DNA from: Amphiscolops sp. MND2022
Taxonomy: Eukaryota
Assembly (NCBI GenBank): GCA_964187785.1
Contig: OZ076409.1
Location: 25,236,001-25,300,000 of the forward strand
Reading direction: 5' to 3'
DNA: 64,000 bases
A program made the translations under genes and the position numbers. Below, in pieces: positions 49,826 through 63,305 of this stretch (position 1 is the stretch's first letter; the number at the start of each line of letters is the position of its first letter). A model generated the notes under the pieces. That model ran no database searches. It saw nothing but the letters and a program-made list of their open reading frames with translations, and was not told where the DNA came from.

Positions 49826-50599
49826 CCAAGGTACACTGCACACCAGATAGAGTCCAAAGTTTTTTTTTCTGGAAATTCTGAATTTTGCAGCATCTAATGT
49901 CTTTAGACCGAAAAAGGGCAACTCCGCCATGATGTGTGACTTAAAGCCAGGTGACCTGTGACTATGAGATCTGTATCCACACACCCGCAATTTGGTTGAA
50001 CAGTAGGTATGGGATGTAACGGTTTTCATTGCCCTTCCACCCAATCGCCTGAATCAAGGCTCCTTGTGCAATCCGGGAACCATCGCCATCGATGCAGATT
50101 CACTGAAGCTCCAGAGGTATCAATGATTGATTGACAACGAATGCATTGTTCAGCCGGTGGCACTGCTTCTTTAGGTGAAAGTAGTAAAGCATTTCTTAAC
50201 GGTCATCTAGCCTATTCATTGTGATAGACTTGTTGAATAGCTTCACATATGGCAATGATTTGAATTTGAGACAACTGGACACCATCTCGGACGCTGTTGT
50301 GTTGGTTTGTCGCTGCACAAGGGCTGAAAGAACATCACAACCAGTGAAATAATTCCATATCTATTTCATTTTATCAATTCAAGGTTTTGTTCCATATACA
50401 CATTGCTTCACTGTTGTGATGTTTTTTTTTGGGAGATTGGCACACATCCAAACGTGGTATTCCTCCAATTGGTTAGGTTTTGAGACTGAGTGGTGTTGAA
50501 AAACAGCGAAACCTGTAAGTTTCCGAAGTGTTTGAAGCCCTCAGGGTTGATGAGTTGGATAATCTGTAGGCTTTGCAACGGATGGGTTCATATAAAATG

Positions 50600-52655
50600 C
50601 GCCAATTTATCAATAACGGAAGCCGTAGCCTTGCCGAATTTAAATGTAGTAGTTGCTTTTTAGTAAACACAATCCCTCAGTGTCAGGATGATAACTTTAG
50701 ACCAGACATCTTTTTTAATCCAAGCGTTGTTCACTTGAAAATAATTCTCAAAAATTCACGGATCCCCTTAGCTGAAAACTTCATACCCAAAGTTAAGGAT
50801 ATTTGTGAAACCCTGTCAAACATTGCCTAGTGGTGCTTACTGCACTCCCCTCTAAGCTGTTTTTTGGAAAAACCACCTCAAGGAGGTGAACGTCAGAGGT
50901 TATCACTCAGAGCAATTATCAATCGGGATGGTGTCATTGAGAAAAAACCGAAAAGCGACAGAAAACCGCAGCAAAAAAACAAGTAAGATCAACGACTGCG
51001 TTCCATTTGCACTAAATTAGACGAAAGTAATGTTAAGGCCGGAATCATGAATGCAGTAGGCGACGACAAGATTGCAGATTTCATGGTCGACAACTACGCT
51101 GCCCTCAAGCTGAAACATCCGCAGAGGGAAACTTGCTCTGTTCCGGACCCCACAGATATCGATTGTTTGTCAACCTCGAAGTTTTTGTCCACAAGGCTCT
51201 CATGCCCTTCCCCAACAGCTCTAGTGCAGGAATGGATGGCTTTTTGGCCCAAACTGGACAGAATTTTCTCAGCGCCCTAACAAATCTTGTGAATGTGATT
51301 CTTGAGGAAAAGTACCTTTCGAACTTCGGCCATACTTTTTTGGTGCGAAACTAATAGCGCTAAAAAACCCGATGAAGGGTTTCGTCCTAATGCTGTGGGC
51401 AATACTTTCCGCCAGTTGTCCGCAAAATTTGCCGGATACCATGTCTTCGAATCACGTCAAGCGAGATATGGAATTCGACAAGTAGGTGTTTTCCAATGTT
51501 TGATAGAAAGCTCCCAGCCCAAAGAAAACGTAATTTTGAAAATTAACCATTTTTAAATCTTCCAGCTCTCTTGGAAAAATATGACAAAACCGAACGCTAT
51601 GGGCTTTCCAAAGTGTGTAACGTTAACTTCGACGATTTTTCGAGTACCCAGTTGGCTCTGCCTGCTGAGATGGGTGATCTTGGGAATTCATCCGCATCAT
51701 TATTAGCGTTTCTCACTTTTCTAGTCTCAGCTTTTGGTGCGAGTGACTTTCTCACGACGATTTTTTCGGAAACATTCGAAGATGTTCAGTTTACAAAAGC
51801 GCTTGAGAAATGGTTGAGTTTGACGATGAACAGGAAGATACTTTCGATGGAACACAAAAAATTGGACACAACCTGTCTACGTCAAAATTGTCCAAGATTT
51901 GATTTCTAGAATTGATGACATACGATCGAAAGTTTTTAACGCTCATCAAGGCAAGTTCCGGTCTCAATAGCTAAACGCCGTTCCTTGCAAGAACCTAGGC
52001 CTGAAACTTGATGATCAGCAGCTTCGGATTTCATTTGGTTTTGCGTCTTGGAGCCAACATCTGTGATTAGCATACGTGCCACTGTGGTAAAAGAGTTGAA
52101 CAGGACGGTTTACACGGTCTTTTTTGCACCAAGAGTGCTGGTCGCTGCTGACGTCATGGTACTCTCACTTCTCTCATAAAGCAGACATTGTGATCTCTCG
52201 ACTTGCCTTCAGTGCTCGAACCGCGTGGACTGTACCGAACTGATGGCAAACGTCCAGACGATGTTACCATGATTCCTTGGGAAATGGGTAAACCGCTGGT
52301 GTGGGATGTCACGGTTTTGGATGCACTTGCACCCAGCCGTCTGAATAAATGCTCTTTATGCAACCCGGGAACCACCACCACCGAGGCTGAAGCGCGTAAA
52401 ATTGAGTAGTATCGCGAAATAATAGACAACGGTTTTTTTCAACCGGTGGCCTTGGAAGTACAGGGTTCTTTAGGCGGGAGCAGTGAAATTTTAGTCACGC
52501 GTCTCTGTAAAATGCTTTGTCGTTCGCACGACGATCAAAAAGTTGGCAACTTTTTGATGCAACGGATTTCAATGGCTCTTCAGATCGGCATTGCGGCCTG
52601 TGTTCTAGAAACTGTGAGCGACAGAGATGCGTTCGAAGAAATGTATTACATTTAG
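50600..52655 (+). pseudogene. Decayed CRE-like non-LTR retrotransposon (RT plus restriction-like endonuclease), RT core deleted
   Basis: KKPDEGFRPNAVG, LPAEMGDLG, CHCG..DGLHGLFC..GR..RH zinc region, EPRGL..DGKRPD..WDVTV RLE motif; QGD/YxDD segment absent near 51555. Confidence 0.8.
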
Positions 52656-53809
52656 CTTAATATCTTCAAAACTCTATATCACTTCAGCTCGAAATAATTT
52701 TGTACTATTCGACTGGGATAATGGCTGGTATGAGTAGTTTGTTGGTTGTTTCTTTTGTTACTTGTTTAATGGGATAGTGGCTGGTATGGGTATCCCTACT
52801 TTCGTTGCAGACCACGGTTGTGTGTCTTCTTCCCCCAACATGATTATACGAATGGAACTTGCTTGATGACGAAGATCCATGATATCTGATAGAGTATCCC
52901 TACTTTCGTTGCAGACCAACGGTGTGTGTCTTCTTCCCCCAACATAATGATACGAATGGGACTTGATTGATGACGAAGATCCATGATATCTGATAGAGGA
53001 AGAAATTTCTTAACGTGCCTTCGTGAAATGCTGTCGTTCGCAGTTGATCAGCGAGCATGGAGCTTTTAAAGCAACGTATCAATGGTTCTAATAATTGACT
53101 GTGCGGCATGTGCTCTAGAAACAGTGAGTGGCATGCGTTTGAAGAAATTTATTACATAAAGTACTGTTTGTTTGGGACTTACTTTCTTCTGTGCTACTCG
53201 ACCATCAGAGTGGGGTTTTTGGTTCGGTCTGTCGACTGGGATATCTTGAGTAGTAGTAGTTCTTTGTCGTTCATTCCGTTTCGCTTTGCAGACCCCAGGA
53301 GTAAAGTGTCCTTACATAAGGTGTCTTCCCAGGAGTCTGAGAAAAAATTTCATTCCCTCGAGTCCAAAAATTATTGTTGCCAAAATAAAAAATCATATAA
53401 AAAAAAATTAGCCAAACTAGCGAAAAACTCTTTGCTACTTGGTAATCAAAAAATATTGGAATGCCATGTCTCATTTGTGCTAAACTTTTTAATTAATATC
53501 GACTTTTGTTTTTTGTTACTAGTTGTTTCATATTATATATGACAATGACAAGAAAATAAGTAAGTTGGACTCAACATTATCAAAGAAAAATGCATCGAAA
53601 ACTGGAGGTGATGACCATGACAAGGTGAAACATGTTTGCAAAATGTGGGGAGGGGACTAGTGCTGGCAACAACTGGGTGGGATGTGACAACTGTGGATTG
53701 TGGTTTCACGAGCAGTGTTCTTGTTTGCCGGAAGGAGTCTCGCCCTACAAACAAGATAAGCATATATTTTATCTTTTTGATTTTTCTGTTGAAAATAAAA
53801 TACCATAAA

Positions 53810-56800
53810 GCTATTACAACCTTCAATTGTAGAGACTGTTAAGAAACGTCTTCAAGAAACTGTGCCTAAAACAATTTAAAATGCCTTGAAAGAGGTTGTT
53901 AACCCTGGAGTTGCTACTCCATTATCTTTTTTGTTTTCATCTTTTAACAACTCGCTTGAAAATAGTTTATCTTTTACGGAGTACCTGATTTAGGTAACTC
54001 GGAAGTCAAGCAAACAGAATACGATGCAGTCGCATTAGATATACATTTCAGACACATTAACGAAGATTCTGCTAACATCATATCTGCTAGACGACTTGGC
54101 GAAAAAGAGCAAGCAATTGGAATTCCTTTGGGTCCCAAGGTTCGTTGCCTTCGGGGTCTCAAGGTGTACAGTGCCGCCCGACACTTGTTACATGCAACCC
54201 TTGGTTTCTGCGCAAATGTCCGAAACGCTACAAACTACAAGACTATGAACATCGAATATATTTCAAGAAATACCTTACTTCTAGTGAAAGGTCAGTCGAG
54301 AAAAAACTAATTGCAAAAAGACACTAATTACTACAAAGTGGTGAATACGAAAGGAAACAGTTTCGAATCAGAAAACTGGAGCTATTCTACATTGGCGTGA
54401 AATTTCCTGTAGATGGTACTGCTTGACTAAATCGCTTCAATATTCTGTCATACAACTGTCAATCTTTACGTGGTTTGGATAGACGACAAACTCTACATAA
54501 GCTATTAGTCACTAATACTTTTAAAAATGCTTATCTGTGTGAAACGTGTATATCAAGTGAAATCAGTAAAGCAGAAATTACAATGGGCTAAACATTCAAA
54601 ATTGTTGCACGTTCTGATAGGACTTATAATGAACATGGTGGTAATCTTATTAGGGCAATTGAGGATATCATAGCACGCTACCTTGTTGCAGACATCTCGA
54701 ATGACAGCGATCCATTTAGTTTATCGTGCAGCTTGCATTTGGAGAACTTTCTCATATTATTTATTTCCATATTTTGTCCACAAGCTTCATCATTGTACAA
54801 ACCATGTTTTGATGACATATCCAATTCTATTCTTAATTACGTGTCCTCAACCAAAGAAAAGTATACTGGTACTAAAACTATTGAAACCATTCTTCTGGGT
54901 GACTTCAATTTACCTGGGATCAATTGGGAAACCATCTCAGGAAGTAATTTGTATGAAAATGAATTTTTGAATCTCCTCTAAGATATCGATTTTTTCCAAT
55001 TAATAAATGAACCCACACACATTGAAGGAATTACACTTGATCGGATTCCAATATCTTGCCCAGATATAACATACTCTCTTTTCTGTAAAAACTTGTAGCA
55101 CAATTACCCTATAGCAATTCATCTACCTGAGTACACAATTGATCATGATGTAGTCTCTCTGCAGCAATATTCAAAACCCAGTTTCGATAAAACTGCTGTC
55201 AATTTTGCTCTCACTGATCTCTATATGCTTTTGTATGAAAATCGTATGTGCTACGATGGCTTCATGCAAAATTCGTTTCATGAAATGGCGAAGGCTCTTG
55301 AACTCAGCTTAACCCCAAAACGTACCAAAAGGATTATTTATCCCAATTTTTATTCGTCGCATACCCTACATCTGATTAACAAGCGAGATACTTTGTTGAG
55401 TAAAATCAAGAAAAACCTGAATAGGGTTTTAATCTTTAAGTTCTGTCTTATTAAGAACGAAATATCTGAATCCATAGAGCTCGATAAGGCTACTTACTTT
55501 GACACCATAAAACTCACAGACATCCGACACTGTTTCAAATATCGTTGCTCTATGAAACCCTCTTCTGTCTATCCCTCTGTGCTTGAAAGGAATGGCTGTA
55601 AAGCTCTTCCAATTGCTGAAAAAACCAATGTTTTTAACAACTACTTCTGTTGTGTGTTTGGGCCAGCAACTGAAATAACAATTGCTCTATCTAAACACCC
55701 AAGTATCATCCTTTCAGACTCTGTTGTAGCTGTTTCCGAAGTCACGATTATGGTGAAAGAATGTGATGATAACCTATCAGTCGGGAGTGACAATATTCCT
55801 GCGTTTGTTCTCCATCATTCAGCTTCTATTCTTGCTCCTCTTGTACATTCGCACTTTCAAGGCATTGTTTATACTGGAATATGGCCTGATGAATGGAAAA
55901 CTGCTTTCATCATTCTTCTTCAAAAAAATGGATCTATTTCACTGGCTCAAAACTATCAACCAACTAGCATTTTATTAAAGTTGTCTCTGGCTGTCGAGCG
56001 CATCCTATTTAGATACATTTTCCTCTTAGTTCGTGCCCAAATCTCCCCATCTCAACATGGATTCATAAAAAGACGTAGTACGATATCTCAACTGCTCCTT
56101 TATCTCGATAGTCTTTATCGCTCTTTTGATGAGAGTGTATCCGTTTGCTCAGTATACTTTGATTTCAAAAAGGCATTTGACCTTGTACCTCACGATGAAC
56201 TACTGATATAACTTTCAACTCTTGGTTTGGATGAAAAATTTCCGCTGTTATTTAAGTCTTATCTTTCCAATCGAAGGCAGTGCGTGAAATTGGATCAAAG
56301 TGTTTCTGAGTTGAAGACTGTAACATCCGGCGTTCCTCAAAGCAGTGTACTCGGTCCTTTGTTATTTACATTATTCATTATTGATATCTCTGACATCTTG
56401 CAAAATACCGAATCATTGCTCTATGCTGATGATCTAAAAACTTCGGCTCAATTTTTTTCGAGTGCTTGCGCTATTCAATTAAACAGTGATATCAATTCTC
56501 TTACTCTCTGGGCTGATGACAACGGGATGATTTTCAATCTCGATAGAATAATTTTATGTGTTTTGGCCAGGAAAAGTTATCGCTGTCTATGAAGGATGTA
56601 CCCATTTGCGAAGTCAACGAAATTAAAGATCTTGGTCTTCTAATTGCCAATAGATCATGTTTGGACTCACACATCAAATATCAGTTTCATAAATGTTCTC
56701 AAGTTTTGGCTCTCATGAAGATGAGTGTATCCTCTGGTCTTTCTTGCTGGAGAAAAATGCAACTCTATCAGTCCCTTATTTTATCAATTCTCCTTTACTG

Positions 56801-57560
56801 CAGGGAGGTTTGGTGTCCTTCAGTAACTTGTTTGAAGAAATTAAAAATTTCAGAAAAATTTCTTCCGCTGGTTAAATCCATTTGCCTCTTACCAAGAGTG
56901 CCTAGAGACTTGAAACTTCCTGCCCCAGTGTTATATTCTGATTGAAAAAGATATGTTGCTTCTCTGGCGGATCCTCAAAGAAAAAGTTGATGCCGACTTC
57001 AGCTCAACAATTTCATTTAGTACCTCCTCAATTGCGACGAAACAGGAAACTATGATTTTAGAAATCGTGTAATTGACTTCTGATGGCCCTCTCAAAAATA
57101 GGGGTGGCTGTAAGTAGATCGAATTTTCTGTTCGAAAGGAAAGAGGTTGAACCTTTTGATCGAATTGCAGGGATCGAATGGAATGCGGTCGAATTTTATC
57201 GTTTTTGTTGCATGGCTCGGTCGCTTCGCTCCCTTCGTCAAGTAGCAACATTGAGGCATGGCCATTTGGCACGTCGCTCCGCTTCGCTTCGCTCCTGCAT
57301 TCAGGGCACTAGGGGTATGTGAACATATCTGACTACGTAATAAAAAATTCGATCCGAGTTGTTTCGATCACATTCAAAAAATTGGTATGTCGACGTGAGG
57401 ACTAAATCTGATTTCCGATCCCGTTCCTTCGACCTATTTCCGGCCACCCCAAAAATTCAAATCCAGCCTTCACTCCTATTAATATTCCCTTCGCGACTCT
57501 AAAATTATGCTACATCTGTCCTGCACCTACTACGTTAAATGCTTTTGCCCTAGTTGCAGG
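53810..57560 (+). pseudogene. Decayed CR1/L2-group LINE (ORF1 C-terminus, APE, RT), interrupted by a MITE
   Basis: ILSYNCQSLR, LCET, GDFN, PTH; YFDFKKAFDLVPH, SGVPQSSVLGPLLF, YADDLK, DLG. Confidence 0.88.
57102..57449 (-). mobile_element. Mutator-like MITE, copy 3
   Basis: Reverse complement of copies 1 and 2; imperfect 9-bp TSD CAAAAATAG / CAAAAATTC. Confidence 0.85.
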
Positions 57561-57595
57561 AGGTAAATGATCTTTGATAGCTATATGGTGTCAAA

Positions 57596-57945
57596 AATGA
57601 GTGCTGTGTCTTCTTGACTCGCGTCTCCTATACAACTTCGTGATAATACAGCTTATACACGACTCCTATACAACTTCAGAAATGTCTCTTAACGGGAATA
57701 AACGTCTATACAACTTCAAAATTGACTGCTGAGTCTTCTTGTCTTCTAACGGGAATAAACGTTTATACAACTTCAAAAATGACTGCTTAGTCTTCTCGAT
57801 TCGCGTCTCCTATACAACTTCGTGAACATACAACTTATACATGTCTCCTATACAACTTCGGAAATCTCTCCTTACGAGAATAAACGTCTATACAACTTCA
57901 AAAATGACTGTTGAGTCTTCTTGACTCTCGTCACCTATACACTTC
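57596..57945. repeat. Minisatellite built on a CTATACAACTTC core with higher-order repeats
   Basis: About eight recurrences of (c)tatacaacttc with repeated gggaataaacgt and gagtcttct spacers. Confidence 0.75.
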
Positions 57946-58182
57946 GAATCTATTTCTTTGTTAAAACACACCATGTTATGTTTCGTTTAGCAATAATAAT
58001 TGCTAGATTGTTTACTTTTGTGGTTCGCATATTTGCTGTTGTTCTTTGCTTCTGAAAATGAATTTAGGTCTTTTTCTATCTATCTATCTTATAACCCAGC
58101 AATCCTCACCTACCTTCCTGAGTCATTTCTATTATACTATTTTCTTTGTTCTGGAATCAATGATACAAAGTCATTTGTACTG

Positions 58183-58359
58183 TGTCACGTGTCCGAGCCA
58201 AAACACGATTATAAGAGCAATGTTAATTCAACATAATGCAATGATAAAGAGTGACATCGTAACCATACATCTGGAATGCAACATATGCATTAGAATCTAC
58301 AAGCAATAAATTATGCATGTAATACCTAGAGTTCGAGGCAAACAAAGTATAACGTCACA
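58183..58359 (-). repeat. Putative 3' LTR (177 bp) of the Gypsy element
   Basis: Minus strand reads TGTGACGT...ACGTGACA (TG...CA with short terminal IR), directly preceded by purine tract AAATGAGAGAG. Confidence 0.65.
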
Positions 58360-61300
58360 ACTCTCTCATTTTCAAAAGCTAGTGTATCAGTCTATAATGT
58401 CAGTTTGTTTGGTTTTCTAACGACTCTTTCAGCGCGTGTTTTCACTTGTACGTCAGACGCAGGATCATTAGTATTTGAAGCCGGAACTGGTTCGATTACT
58501 GGATTACAAGAGCTAGATGGCTGCATGTTTCGTTTGTTTTCTTTTTTCTCAGAAGCAACAACAGGCGATTTCAATGTAATGTTCTCATTTGGTGCTGATG
58601 GTTCTTTCTGGTGACTTGACTGGGGTTGGTGCCGGGGCTAGATGTCGTAAATTGATTACCTCAGGCTTCTGCCATCAACTGTAACTTCAGCTGATTGAGG
58701 AGATAAAATATCCGTAACCACTCCCCTCTCTTCAACGAATGGGTCGGTTTTTCGATGCCGTACAAAGTTACGAATGAGGACATGTGACCCACGTTTAAGA
58801 TCTTTATTTTTAACAATTTGTGGTGCTTCCAAGCTATCCAAATCCTTCGAATTAGCAAAGATACGTCTCTGAAAACTGAAGAACATGTCATGTGGAGACT
58901 TTCCAGTGGCTTTGCATATTCGTGAACGCAAAATGAAAAGTGATTCGCCAACAACAAGTTCCCAATCATCTGGTTTTAGACCATTTTCTCCTAGAATGCG
59001 TGTCATTACGCGTTGTAGTTCTCCGTTGTATCTCTCATTTCGGCCATTTCCACGAGCATTGTACTTGGAAGAATGCGTAAGAGAGATGGAACAGGAATCC
59101 AAAAATGTTGATGAACTGACTTCCAATGTCTGCATGAATTCTAGTAGGTAAACCATATCTAGCGAAGATTTCTTTGGCCAAAATGTTAATAAGTAATTCT
59201 GACGTGGCAGAGTCAAACGGAAATGTTGCCAAGAAACGACTGTATTCATATACGATGGTAAAATTTTGACGTGGCAGAGTCAAACGGAAATGTTTCCAAG
59301 AAACGACTGTATTCATATACGATGGTAAAAATCCATTTCTTTTTTCCAGAAGGTGTAATTTTTGGTCCAATTAAATCAAGTGAAAGTCGTTCTATTGGTT
59401 TGGAAGAAGATATGAGCGTGCCATCTTCAGGTTTTTGGAACCTGGGCCGTGTTTCGCAGCAAATTTGGCAGTTTCTTTCATATTCTTCAATTTCTGAACG
59501 GAGATTGATCCAGAAAAAACCTTCACGGATCAACGAGACAGTAGCGTTGATTCCAAGATGTCCAAAGTTGTTATGAACCCTATCAAGAACTGCAGTCTTG
59601 ATTGACTCTGGACAAACTATTTGTGGACCGTTTCCAACTTTTACCAAGCAGAAAATTCCTTTTATTATCTTCATACGTTTTCGGTTGCTCCACAAAGATA
59701 AAGATACTTGACATGGTGGCACATCAGCTTCCAGACTGTCCATTTAGGTCGAAAGCTCTGGGTCCTCGGACTGTGCATTCTTGAATGAGGTGACAGAAAA
59801 TGTAGGTTTCAGCGAAGCTACTACTAATGCTCGCGAAAAGGCATCGGCTGTTTCATTGTCTTTTCCAGGTTTATACGAAATAGAGTAATCATACTCAGAG
59901 AGTTCATACCTCCAACGGATCAGCTTGTTATTCTTGCAAGCTGACTTCGCAGTATCATTGAAGATGTAAGCTAAGGCTTGTTGATCTGTATATAAGTTAA
60001 ACCTTCTCCCAAGAAAAAACTATCTAAACTTTTGAACGCAATAAACAATAGCTAGCACTTCAAGCTCGACAGTAGCCCAGGATTTCTCAGCCTCGGATAC
60101 TCGACAACTGGCAACTGCAATACGTCGTCCATCCTGCATTAGGACACCTGCACTAGCTGAACCGCTGGCATCGGTTTCTAAAGTCATCGGTTGATTGAAA
60201 TCTGGAACCGCAGGAAATGACTTAGAAATTTCGATTATAATTGAATCAGAACATTATTTGGCCTGTGCGGATCATACAATTGTTTTCGAATTCTTAATGG
60301 TTTGTAAGATCTTTATTTTTTCTGCAAATCCATAGATAAACTTCGAGTAATAAGTTGCCATACCAAGAAATGTTTCAAGTTGCTTCAGGTTCTCAGGTTT
60401 TTTGTAATTTTTGAGAGGCACAAGGCGCTCTGGATCAGGCTTCAAACAATTGTTCTCAATAAGATATCCAAGCCAAGACAGTTGTGATGTACCAAATATG
60501 CATTTAATTCGATTCGGTGAAACGTTCAAGCATTTACATCTTTCAAAGAATGCTGTGAGGTTCGTATCATGCTCTTCCTCGACCTCCAATAACAACGTCG
60601 TCAAGGTAAATAAACACAGGTTCCAAGTCACCAAAGCACTTGATCATGATACGTTGGAACTTCGGAACTGCATTTCGCACACCAAAGCAAAGACGTTTGT
60701 AATGGAATAATTTTCCTAATGCTTCTTTTCCATATCCTCTTGCACCAAAGGTACTTGATAATATGCCTGAGTGATGTCAACGACAGAAAAGCAATTGTAT
60801 CGAGATACTCGCTGGACCAGATCGGAAATCAGCGGAACAGGAAAAGCATCAAGTTTGCTAAACTTGTTTGTGGTGCAACTGAAGTCGATGGCCATCCGTT
60901 TACTACCGCCACGTTTACTGACGATAACTGGTTGACTTCGCCATTCTGATGTGGACTCTTCGATAATACCGTTTTTTATCAACGACGTCACAGTCTCGTG
61001 TATAACTTTTCGATCTGCATCAGAATATCGTCTTGTAGGGCATCGAATAGGAACTGTGTCATTTGTCAAATCAATGATAGGCTCCGGTTCTATCTTCAAT
61101 TGGCTATCTTTCAAAGATTTGTCGAAACACCCTGCATACGCTTTGACTATGCTCTCAACCTTTGTTTTCGACTGTTGAATTGATAACACTAATGATGGAC
61201 CTTTGCCGCCAGTTTTCAGTGTCACTTCGCTAAACTGCGTTAGCGAATCTCTCCCAAGTAGTGCGTTAAACTCGAGATTTGAAATGACACCAACTTCAAT

Positions 61301-62225
61301 GTCAAATAAACGACCTCGTAAATGCATGCGACATTTTCGACGTCCGAATTCCGACAACATAGAACCTGTAGCTGATTGCAGTTTGTCATCGGTCGCAACT
61401 TTGTTCCATGACAGAGAAATCGATTTCGCCCTTTTCTCCGAAATCATGGTATACGGATATCCTGAATCGACTAGCCAGGTGATGTTGCATCCATCAATTG
61501 TCGCCTCCACCATCTTCGCTACTTGTGAATCACCCGAAATACAGCCCGTTAACGTATTCAGACTATCATAGTCGACCTTCAACGCACCGACTTTACCAGA
61601 ACCAGGTGGTTTTTTCTTCTGTTTACACACAGCTGCAAAATGGTTGTTCTTTCTGCAGTTTTTGCAACTTTTGCCGAATGCAGGACAATCTTCTTCACTA
61701 GCATGTCGTTGGTTCTTCCCGCAATATTTACATTTCTGTTGTGTATCTCGATTACTCTTTTGTGAGACGCGCTTGCTTTTGTAACTGTTTGATACCAAAT
61801 GTACCGCTGTCAGATCCAGAGGTACCCGTCATCAAACCCTGTTCAGATGCACTCCATTTCTTTTGCTTAGCCTTAGTGATTACATTTTCTAGAGTTGCGG
61901 TCTCATCCATCAAAAGCAACTCTTGACATATCTTGGGATCACGAACACCGGAAATTAGCTGTTGCTTTATTTCATCATTCGCGGCTGCTCCGAAATTACA
62001 TTCTTTTGAAGAAGATTTCAAAACAGAGACAAATTGTTGGATATCTTGGCCAGCTTCCTGGCGTAACTTTCTGAAATTGTGCACCGAAAATGTTTTTAAT
62101 ATTTCTGCTTTAGCAGGAATATTATTGAAATCTGGAAGCGTCTGCTTTTTTTCAGAACAATTTTTTGGACGATCTGAATAATTCAGATATTTTGTTCCGC
62201 AGTGAGTGTAAGCGAGAGATTTAAA
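58183..62225 (-). mobile_element. Decayed Ty3/Gypsy LTR retrotransposon (gag with two CCHC knuckles, protease, RT, RNase H, integrase); 5' end and 5' LTR absent
   Basis: CKYC..H....C and CKNC..NH...C; LVDSG protease; FIYLDDVV; TDAS...ELE...YTD...ADAFSR RNase H; HH-CC integrase; order PR-RT-RH-IN. Confidence 0.9.
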
Positions 62226-62528
62226 TTCAATTCTAGTGCGATGGAACGAGCGAGTGGTAATTATCCATTCGTATGCTGACGTCATTGAGATGAAGCGAGC
62301 GAATGTTCGTAATTGTGCTTTCGTTGCCCCGAGTTATTGAGATGAAGCGAATGAGTGTTAATTATTCGTTCTCGGAGAGCTTCGCCTGCATTCAAATGCG
62401 AATGCGAAACTCGTCTACGCTTAGTAGTTATATTATCTTTAGTCCGAGAAGAATTAAAGGCGGTGTAAACTTGTACAGTGATTACATGTAATTGTTGTGA
62501 TAAACTTATTAAATAGTTTCCGGTTGTG

Positions 62529-63305
62529 ATGACTAAAGCCTCTACTTCTTCATCCAAGTGTGGCAGTTGCAAGAGGAGTGTCAAAGATGGGGACAAATCT
62601 GGCATCGCATGTGACAACTGCTCTCTTTGGTACCATGGAGCTTGTGCAAGCCTGTCTGAGGAGGATGTCAAGTTGATGGGACGAATCAAAGGATGTCTCT
62701 GGCTCTGCGATTCCTGCCTCAATGATGACATCTTCAGCCCTGAAGCTAAGTACAATCATATTATTGATGCCAAAAATATGAAAAGTAGTATGAAATCAAT
62801 TCAAAATTCTTTAACTGAAATCCAATCTGCCCTCAGACCAACCCCTGAACCTGTCAAAAAACATGTAAATGAAGAGAGTCTATCTCGTGAGATAATCATA
62901 AATGGTCTTGTTGAGGATAAAGGAACTTTTAAGTCGTCTTTCGAAGCTGACAACTCCAAACTACAGGAAGTATTCAACCATATGGATGAAAAAACTCTCA
63001 AAATAGAATCTACCCGCAGGTTAGGTCAACCCAAAGCTGATATGTCAAAACCAAGGCCGCTCCTCATTCGTTTTGCCTCAGAATGGGATGCCAGGAAATG
63101 TCTTTCAAAATCCTACAGGCTGAAAAATTATCATGAACGAATATTCATATCACAATCTCTGAATAAAGAAGATCAGGCAACCAAACGGAAGCTTTTGCAG
63201 AAACGGTATGAAATGATCAATAGTGACGGGGTACCACGAGATGAAATCAAAGTGAAAGGTCTTAAGCTCTTCAGAAACGGAACTGAAGTTACCTTCCAAA
63301 AGTGA
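62529..63305 (+). CDS. LINE ORF1 with PHD finger, coiled coil and RRM-like domain (intact)
   Basis: C-x2-C...C-x2-C..WYH..C...W.C-x2-C PHD; IIINGL.E, RRLG, RPLLIRF motifs typical of CR1/L2 ORF1. Confidence 0.88.
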   Translation: MTKASTSSSKCGSCKRSVKDGDKSGIACDNCSLWYHGACASLSEEDVKLMGRIKGCLWLCDSCLNDDIFSPEAKYNHIIDAKNMKSSMKSIQNSLTEIQSALRPTPEPVKKHVNEESLSREIIINGLVEDKGTFKSSFEADNSKLQEVFNHMDEKTLKIESTRRLGQPKADMSKPRPLLIRFASEWDARKCLSKSYRLKNYHERIFISQSLNKEDQATKRKLLQKRYEMINSDGVPRDEIKVKGLKLFRNGTEVTFQK

